From positions 1 through 32,000 of the forward strand of contig NZ_SODD01000007.1 of the NCBI RefSeq assembly GCF_004365815.1: a DNA stretch of 32,000 nt. Reading direction: 5' to 3'. Below are positions 26,469 to 32,000 of the stretch, piece by piece. The notes under the pieces are model-generated. The model searched no databases, had not been told where the DNA came from, and worked only from the letters and a program-made list of their open reading frames with translations. The DNA comes from Breznakia blatticola. Its GTDB lineage: Bacteria; Bacillota_I; Bacilli_A; Erysipelotrichales; Erysipelotrichaceae. The first letter of the stretch is position 1. Each line of letters begins with the position of its first letter. A program made the position numbers and the translations under genes.

Positions 26469-27242
26469 ATGGAAAGAAAAAGCACAAAAGATGCTAGTGC
26501 TTTACGTATAGCACTTGAAAACCTACAAAATCATCCTTGTAAAGCAAGTGAAGTAGAACTTTATGCATGTTTAAAAGATGCACAATTGTATGCCCCAGTA
26601 CATCCAAATCAACATACTTCAAAAAATCATAATGCAAATGTATTGGAATTAGCCACTGATTTTATGATGGTTTTAGATGCATCAAATGATTTATACTATC
26701 CAATTTTCAGTAGCAAAGAGGAACTGTTGAAGTTTACAAGTGAATTACAGCTTGGCTATATGAAAGTACGCTTACAAGATTATGAAAGTTTGCTTCATGG
26801 CCAAAAAGAAGTAAAAGGTGTTGTCTTGGATAAAGAATCCGTAAATTATTCACTGTGTTTAGAAGATATCTTGCATATTTATCATCATGTACAGTGTAGT
26901 GATATTACTAACTTAGAAATACGTGAGATCAAAGATCCAAACCACTATATAAAAGAAGAATTGGTACGTTTATTTAGCAAGATGCCACAAGTTCGTGCTG
27001 CTTATTTACATGAGCTATATTGTGATAAGCAAGCCAGTTATTTACTGATCATTGATAGTGATACTTTTGATGATGTAGCCCAACAAGTAAGTGACTTTCT
27101 GTATCCATTAACGTATGAAAATGGAGATCATGTAGAACTGATTGCGTTAGCAAGTCGTTTTGGTGAAAAAATCACACGTGAAGTCACACCATTTTATGAG
27201 CGAAAACAACGATTGCTGCATATATTACTACCCAAAGAGTAA
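26469..27242 (+). CDS. SseB-family protein (function unknown)
   Basis: About 257 aa. YYPIFSSKEELLKF (compare the FTS..eal block of SseB) and the C-terminal VTPFYERKQRLL (E. coli SseB ends with ..IAPFYERRWGG.. as I recall it). I prefer the ATG at 26469 (AAGGAAG 6 nt upstream) to the ATG at 26454. Confidence 0.55.
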   Translation: MERKSTKDASALRIALENLQNHPCKASEVELYACLKDAQLYAPVHPNQHTSKNHNANVLELATDFMMVLDASNDLYYPIFSSKEELLKFTSELQLGYMKVRLQDYESLLHGQKEVKGVVLDKESVNYSLCLEDILHIYHHVQCSDITNLEIREIKDPNHYIKEELVRLFSKMPQVRAAYLHELYCDKQASYLLIIDSDTFDDVAQQVSDFLYPLTYENGDHVELIALASRFGEKITREVTPFYERKQRLLHILLPKE

Positions 27243-27246
27243 AAAC

Positions 27247-27273
27247 AAAAAGTCTTGAATGCAAGACTTTTTG
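27247..27273 (+). terminator. Rho-independent terminator after the SseB-like gene
   Basis: AAAAGTCTTG-AATG-CAAGACTTTTT. Confidence 0.75.
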
Positions 27274-27279
27274 CTTTCA

Positions 27280-27308
27280 TTGAGTGAAAGCGTTGAATTT
27301 GGTATAAT
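27280..27308 (+). promoter_or_regulatory. Promoter of the M15B/CapA/trmR unit (TTGAGT-17-TGgTATAAT)
   Basis: TTGAGT at 27280-27285, a 17-nt spacer with an extended -10 TG, and TATAAT at 27303-27308. Confidence 0.55.
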
Positions 27309-27333
27309 CGAAATAGAAAAACGAGGGAATACA

Positions 27334-28347
27334 ATGAAAAAGATACTTACATTATGTGCAATCTTCATGTTAGTTGGTTGTAAAGATGTTGGTTGCGAAG
27401 CCATCTTATCAAATGAAGAAAAAAATACATTAAAAGAATATGGTGTACTAGACTATGTTGAAGATGATTGTAAAAACCAAAGAACCGTCCAAAAAATGTT
27501 GCATGATGATTTCAATAAAGACTATATAAAATCGTATTGTGCATTAAATATAAAAAGTACAGATCATGTCAATGATTTAATTGTTGCAGGATTTAGTGAT
27601 AAAGAAATTACTGCATTATTAAAACTAGATAATTTAGATGAAGAACGTATTACACGTTATAAAGCATATACAGATGCAAATACTGAGAAAACGATGAAAG
27701 ATATTGTTTTGGCTGTTAATTTAGATATGGATGAAGAAGCTTATGAGAATATCCAAATCATCGATGATGAAAGCTTGGATGTACTAATCAGCAAACATTA
27801 TGGTTTAGCTGAAGGATATATTCCAAGTGACTTAGTTGATATTACATCGGTTTGCCAACAAGGAGTCGATTACTCTTGTTCGACAATGGATAAGCAACAA
27901 CTTCGCAAAGAAGCAGCAGCTGATTATGAAGCTTTTGCTAGTTATGCAAAGGAAAAGAAAGGGTATGATATTGTTTCTATCGCATCATATCGCAGTTATG
28001 ACTACCAAAAGAATTTATATAATTATTGGTTGAATGAAAAAGGTCAAGAATATGCAGATACATATTATGCTAGACCCGGTCATAGTGAACATAATGGTGG
28101 ATTAGCTATTGATATTAGTGTTAGTGAATTTCCTTTCAATGAACTTGATACGTTTGAAGATTATGAATGGATTGTCGAAACGATGAAGGATTATGGCTTT
28201 ATACTGCGTTATCCAGAAGATAAAGTAGATCTTACAGGATATGGTGCAGAAAGTTGGCATTTCCGCTATGTTGGTAAAAAACTAGCGAAGGAATTATATG
28301 CCGATGGATTAACGCTAGATGAGTATCATGCATTGGAGGCACGATAA
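27334..28347 (+). CDS. M15B-family D-alanyl-D-alanine carboxypeptidase (VanY-like) lipoprotein
   Basis: The real start is the ATG at 27334 (MKKILTLCAIFMLVGC, signal peptide plus lipobox, RBS GAGGGA). Zn-ligand motifs are SEHNGGLAIDI and AESWHFRYVG. The upstream 25 codons in the ORF track run through the terminator and promoter. Confidence 0.8.
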   Translation: MKKILTLCAIFMLVGCKDVGCEAILSNEEKNTLKEYGVLDYVEDDCKNQRTVQKMLHDDFNKDYIKSYCALNIKSTDHVNDLIVAGFSDKEITALLKLDNLDEERITRYKAYTDANTEKTMKDIVLAVNLDMDEEAYENIQIIDDESLDVLISKHYGLAEGYIPSDLVDITSVCQQGVDYSCSTMDKQQLRKEAAADYEAFASYAKEKKGYDIVSIASYRSYDYQKNLYNYWLNEKGQEYADTYYARPGHSEHNGGLAIDISVSEFPFNELDTFEDYEWIVETMKDYGFILRYPEDKVDLTGYGAESWHFRYVGKKLAKELYADGLTLDEYHALEAR

Positions 28348-29489
28348 TGAAAAAACTTAAGATTGCATTACTATGTTTGTTTTTAGTTGCATGTAGTTCT
28401 CCTGCAAAAGAAGATACAACAAAAAAAGAAGAAGTAAAAGACACAACTGTTTCCTTCTTTGCAGTTGGTGATAATTTACTTCATGATACCATTAATGCAG
28501 AAGCAAAAACCTACGGGGAAACATCAGGACGTAATTATGATTATCGTCCATTTTATAAAAATTTTGAAAAGCAAATTCAAGGAGCAGATGTTGCTTTCAT
28601 CAATCAAGAGACTATCGTTGGTGGTGAAGAACTGGTAATTTCAGGATATCCAAATTTTAACTCACCAAAAGAAGTAGCATCAGATTTAGCTACTACTGGA
28701 TTTGATTTAGTGAACTTAGCAAGTAATCATAGTTTGGACCGTTCAAGCCAAGGAATTATCAACGCCTTGCAAACCTTTGATTTCGAAAAAAATCTCACAG
28801 TTGCAGGAATCAATGATAGCGAAGAACGTAAAAATGAAATAGCGACATTTAAACAAAAAGGTATTACCTTCTCATTTCTAGCATACACGTATGGAACCAA
28901 TGGAATTATTCCTGAAAATGCATACGAAGTAAATTACTTTGGTGATGAACGTATTACAAGTGATGTCGCAAAAGCTAAAGAAGTTAGTGATGTTGTGATT
29001 GTCTCTGCACACTGGGGAGATGAAAACGCATTTGAACTAAATGATATGCAACAACACTATGCACAAGTATTTGCAGATGCAGGTGTTGATGTCGTCATTG
29101 GAACGCATCCACATGTTGTACAACCAGACACGTGGGTAGATGGAAAAGATGGACATAAAACATATGTGATTTATTCCCTGGGAAATTTTTTAGGTGGTAT
29201 GCTTGATACGAAAAACATTGTCGGAAGTTATGCAACCTTTGATATTGTAAAAGATGGAAAAACGGGTGATATATCAGTTGAAAATGAAGATGTAAAACCA
29301 CTAGTTATCGATTTCCATGGTAACCAAAACAATATTTTGGATGAACGTTATGATTATACAGTTCTACCACTTACAAAAGAGTACGATAAAGTAGCAAGCG
29401 ATCATGTCTTACATGGATATGAAGGACAAGTCGTATCCTATGAGGAACTATTAAGGATGTGGACCTATGGAACAAAACGTGAAATTTAA
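28347..29489 (+). CDS. CapA-family (PGA_cap metallophosphoesterase-like) lipoprotein
   Basis: MKKLKIALLCLFLVAC has a lipobox. FFAVGDNLLHD, NLASNHSLD, SAHWGDE and GTHPHVVQP are CapA/YwtB-type blocks. The start overlaps the upstream stop codon (TAATG). Confidence 0.8.
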   Translation: MKKLKIALLCLFLVACSSPAKEDTTKKEEVKDTTVSFFAVGDNLLHDTINAEAKTYGETSGRNYDYRPFYKNFEKQIQGADVAFINQETIVGGEELVISGYPNFNSPKEVASDLATTGFDLVNLASNHSLDRSSQGIINALQTFDFEKNLTVAGINDSEERKNEIATFKQKGITFSFLAYTYGTNGIIPENAYEVNYFGDERITSDVAKAKEVSDVVIVSAHWGDENAFELNDMQQHYAQVFADAGVDVVIGTHPHVVQPDTWVDGKDGHKTYVIYSLGNFLGGMLDTKNIVGSYATFDIVKDGKTGDISVENEDVKPLVIDFHGNQNNILDERYDYTVLPLTKEYDKVASDHVLHGYEGQVVSYEELLRMWTYGTKREI

Positions 29490-30066
29490 GTTACTTGAAA
29501 TGGAATCGTATGCTTCTTTACATCAAGTTCCAATTATGCAAAAAGAAGGAATTGAGTTTCTACAAACATACATTAAAGAGCATAAGGTAAAACGCATACT
29601 AGAATTAGGAAGTGCAATTGGTTACTCTGCTATCCAAATGGCAATAAGTGATCCAGATGTCACAGTTGATACAGTTGAACGTGATGATGTACGCTATCAA
29701 GTTGCGCAAGCAAATATTAAAGCATGTAACTTAGAAAATCGTATCCACTTATTTCATGAAGATGCACTTTTCTTTGAAACGAATCAAAGCTATGATTTGA
29801 TCTTTATTGATGCCGCGAAAGCACAATACATAAAGTTCTTTGAACGTTATGAAAGTAATGTAAAAGTAAATGGAGTCATGATTAGTGATAACTTGGAATT
29901 CCATGGAATGGTACACGATATAGAACATATTAAAAATCGTAACACAAGACAGTTGGTGCGTAAGATCTTAAAATTTCGTGATTACTTACTTGAACGTAAA
30001 GATTTTGAAACAACTTTCTATGATATTGGTGATGGAATTGCAGTAAGTAAAAAACTTGTATTTTGA
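29467..30066 (+). CDS. trmR: Class I SAM-dependent O-methyltransferase, YrrM/TrmR-like
   Basis: HQVPIMQKEGIEFLQTYI...ILELGSAIGYSAIQMA...DLIFIDAAKAQY...GDGIAVSKK is collinear with B. subtilis YrrM as I recall it. It overlaps the capA-like 3' end by 23 nt if the ATG at 29467 is used. Confidence 0.7.
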   Translation: MEQNVKFKLLEMESYASLHQVPIMQKEGIEFLQTYIKEHKVKRILELGSAIGYSAIQMAISDPDVTVDTVERDDVRYQVAQANIKACNLENRIHLFHEDALFFETNQSYDLIFIDAAKAQYIKFFERYESNVKVNGVMISDNLEFHGMVHDIEHIKNRNTRQLVRKILKFRDYLLERKDFETTFYDIGDGIAVSKKLVF

Positions 30067-30126
30067 TGAAAGACAGATGGAAACACTCTGTGCTATAATG
30101 TACATATCTATTTATGGAGGATAACT

Positions 30127-30645
30127 ATGAAGAAAACATTAGGATTACTTGCAGCACTAACGGCAGCAGCTGCTGTAGCTGTATATAAATTATCAAAAGA
30201 CGATGAAAAGAAAATTAAAGAATTAGATGATAGCAAAGAAAAAATCTTACGTTCAGTTGAAGAGCAAGGATTTGAACCTGTAGTTACTGACAAAGAAGAA
30301 ACAGGTTTTGTTTCAAATGCTTACCCACATTTAACAGAAGCAGATCTAATTGAACTGACAAAAAAGAACGATGAGATGTTTGCAACAATTGCCGACTTGC
30401 AACCAACAGACGAATATCCAATTCAACATATGGTGCAATTTGCAAAACCAATTGATTTAGAAGAGTTCAAGAACATCGTAATCTCTGAAGGATATGTGAT
30501 TACAGGTGGAGAAAAAGAGAACGAATTATTAGTTCTACACATTTCAAAAATGGACCATGATGACATCAGTGCAAAAGTGTTCTATCTTGCAAACTTAGCA
30601 AAAGCACATGATGGTGTATACGAAGGATGGATTTGTAAGAAGTAG
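30127..30645 (+). CDS. Hypothetical protein with an N-terminal hydrophobic anchor/signal and an RraB-like C-terminal domain
   Basis: MKKTLGLLAALTAAAAVAVY is hydrophobic. The C-terminal YPIQHMVQF...EGYVIT...LANLAKAHDGVYEGW parallels E. coli RraB (YTIEHHL...GYEVT...LAEKFDVEYDGW) from memory. Confidence 0.45.
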   Translation: MKKTLGLLAALTAAAAVAVYKLSKDDEKKIKELDDSKEKILRSVEEQGFEPVVTDKEETGFVSNAYPHLTEADLIELTKKNDEMFATIADLQPTDEYPIQHMVQFAKPIDLEEFKNIVISEGYVITGGEKENELLVLHISKMDHDDISAKVFYLANLAKAHDGVYEGWICKK

Positions 30646-30667
30646 TGAAATTTCACTGCTTTTTTTT
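30644..30667 (+). terminator. Terminator-like hairpin plus T8 run
   Basis: AGTGA-AATT-TCACT followed by GC and TTTTTTTT, overlapping the stop codon. The stem is short. Confidence 0.5.
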
Positions 30668-30692
30668 GACCGTTTTGACAAGTGAATATACA

Positions 30693-30721
30693 TTGTGTCA
30701 TGACAGGAAAAGTAGTATAAT
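30693..30721 (+). promoter_or_regulatory. Candidate ecfA promoter (TTGTGT-17-TATAAT)
   Basis: TTGTGT at 30693-30698, a 17-nt spacer and TATAAT at 30716-30721. Confidence 0.45.
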
Positions 30722-30750
30722 TAGTTTAATTTTGAGAAAGGAATGATGGC

Positions 30751-31572
30751 ATGATTAAAGTAGAAGATTTACATTTCAATTACGATGAACATGAAGAAAC
30801 AATCAAAGGTGTAAACTTTACAGTGGAAGCAGGAAGTTATACATCAATTATCGGTCACAATGGAAGTGGGAAGAGTACCATTGCAAAATTACTCATTGGT
30901 TTACTCGAGAAATCGAGCGGTTCCATTGAAATTGACGGAATGGAACTTAATGAAGAAAACTTATATGCCATTCGTTCGTTGATTGGTGTGGTCTTTCAAA
31001 ATCCAGACAATCAATTTATCGGTTCAACAGTAGCTGATGATATTGCCTTTGGTTTAGAAAATAAACAAGTACCACAAGAAAACATGCAAGCAATTATCGA
31101 CAAGTTTTCAAAGGTTGTTGGTATGTATGATTTTCTAGATCGTGAACCTACAAGTTTATCCGGTGGGCAAAAACAAAGAGTTGCAATTGCTGGTGTACTA
31201 GCCATGGATTTAAAAGTGATTATTCTTGATGAAGCAGCAAGTATGCTTGATCCACGTGGAAAAAAAGAAATTCATGAACTAATTAATAAATTACATGAAG
31301 AAGAAAATCTAACTGTCATTTCGATTACACACGATATGGAAGAAGTATTACGTAGTGATAAAGTCATCGTTCTTGAACATGGACATGTGAAGATGAGTGG
31401 AACACCTGCAGAAATCTTACAGCATGAAGATGAGTTAGTTGCTTTAGAACTTGATATTCCTTTTGTCTATAAAGTGCAAAAAGAACTAAAAGAAATTGGG
31501 ATTGAAATGGATACCCAAGTTAGCATTGAAGGAGTGGTGGAACAGTTATGTCAATTACATTCAAAAATCTAA
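30751..31572 (+). CDS. ecfA1: ECF transporter ATPase subunit EcfA1 (CbiO-type)
   Basis: Walker [10 protein letters not shown], signature LSGGQKQR, Walker B ILDEAAS and H-loop ITHD. It sits at the start of the usual ecfA1-ecfA2 pair. Confidence 0.9.
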   Translation: MIKVEDLHFNYDEHEETIKGVNFTVEAGSYTSIIGHNGSGKSTIAKLLIGLLEKSSGSIEIDGMELNEENLYAIRSLIGVVFQNPDNQFIGSTVADDIAFGLENKQVPQENMQAIIDKFSKVVGMYDFLDREPTSLSGGQKQRVAIAGVLAMDLKVIILDEAASMLDPRGKKEIHELINKLHEEENLTVISITHDMEEVLRSDKVIVLEHGHVKMSGTPAEILQHEDELVALELDIPFVYKVQKELKEIGIEMDTQVSIEGVVEQLCQLHSKI

Positions 31573-32000
31573 GTCATATATATAATGAAAAAACACCATT
31601 TCCTTCAGCAGCATTAAAAAATATTAATTTAGAAATTGCAGATGGAAGTTTTACTGCGATTATTGGTGAGACGGGAAGTGGAAAAAGTACATTGGTGCAA
31701 CATTTAAATGCTTTACTTTTGCCAACAGATGGAGAAGTTCGTGTAAATGACTTCGTAATCAAAGCAGGAGAGAAAATTAAAGATCTAAAACAATTACGTC
31801 GTCAAGTCGGGTTGGTATTTCAATTTCCTGAATATCAATTGTTTGAGGAAACGATTGAGACAGATGTTGCATTTGGTCCTAAAAACTTTGGGATTGAGGA
31901 AAAAGAGGCAAAAGAAAGAGCACGTTATGTATTAGAACTTGTAGGTTTAGATGCAAGTTATTTAGAACGTTCTCCATTTGATTTATCAGGTGGGCAAAAA
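31548..32000 (+). CDS. ecfA2: ECF transporter ATPase subunit EcfA2, 5' part (runs off the window)
   Basis: My translation from the ATG at 31548 reads [49 protein letters not shown]...LSGGQK. It is open to the window end, overlaps ecfA1 by 25 nt, and is absent from the ORF track because it has no stop codon. Confidence 0.88.
   Translation, partial: MSITFKNLSHIYNEKTPFPSAALKNINLEIADGSFTAIIGETGSGKSTLVQHLNALLLPTDGEVRVNDFVIKAGEKIKDLKQLRRQVGLVFQFPEYQLFEETIETDVAFGPKNFGIEEKEAKERARYVLELVGLDASYLERSPFDLSGGQK

Noticed and set aside
27259-27333. A 25-codon N-terminal extension of the M15B peptidase ORF in the supplied track.
   Set aside because: The extension begins inside the upstream terminator hairpin and runs through the predicted promoter. 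The ATG at 27334 has an RBS and begins a textbook lipoprotein signal peptide.
1-32000. I searched for CRISPR arrays, tRNA or rRNA genes, and long tandem or dispersed repeats.
   Set aside because: No regularly spaced direct repeats, cloverleaf-like sequences or rRNA-like segments were seen in the intergenic regions. The only repeats found were the 18-nt S3 duplication, the 19-nt initiation-region duplicate and the IS-end hairpins. This was a visual scan only, so short or degenerate elements could have been missed.

Overview
Chromosomal window from a low-GC Gram-positive bacterium (Bacillota). The gene order, the missing L30 and the extended ribosomal-protein tails hint at an Erysipelotrichia/Mollicutes-related lineage, but that is inference only. 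The core (10.8-25.3 kb) is one co-directional S10-spc-alpha ribosomal super-operon of 29 genes, rpsJ to rplQ, including secY, adk, map, infA, rpoA and an rpmJ missing from the ORF track. It has a near-consensus promoter and a structured leader. The left 10.8 kb is accessory-like. It holds a 5'-truncated group II intron remnant with intact ribozyme domains V/VI, and an APC permease followed by an M18 aminopeptidase, a membrane protein, a CPBP protease and a small integrase-core-binding-like protein. It also holds a TPP riboswitch controlling thiT, an orphan OmpR-type response regulator with a degenerate phospho-acceptor pocket, two small exported proteins, and an apparently intact IS200/IS605 element (tnpA + tnpB) about 150 bp upstream of the ribosomal promoter. 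To the right, about 5.4 kb sits between rplQ and ecfA1/ecfA2, neighbours that are adjacent in many Bacillota. This block contains a lone opposite-strand AbiD/AbiF-type (Abi_2, HEPN) abortive-infection gene whose short 5' leader carries a promoter-proximal hairpin plus U-tract. It also contains an SseB-like gene, an M15B (VanY-like) lipoprotein, a CapA-like lipoprotein, a TrmR/YrrM-like methyltransferase and an RraB-like protein. I rate the Abi gene with its candidate cis RNA as the best lead for an unusual system, followed by the TnpB element and the atypical response regulator. No CRISPR array, tRNA or rRNA gene was seen. All coordinates for sub-gene motifs, promoters and hairpins come from hand counting and should be treated as approximate.
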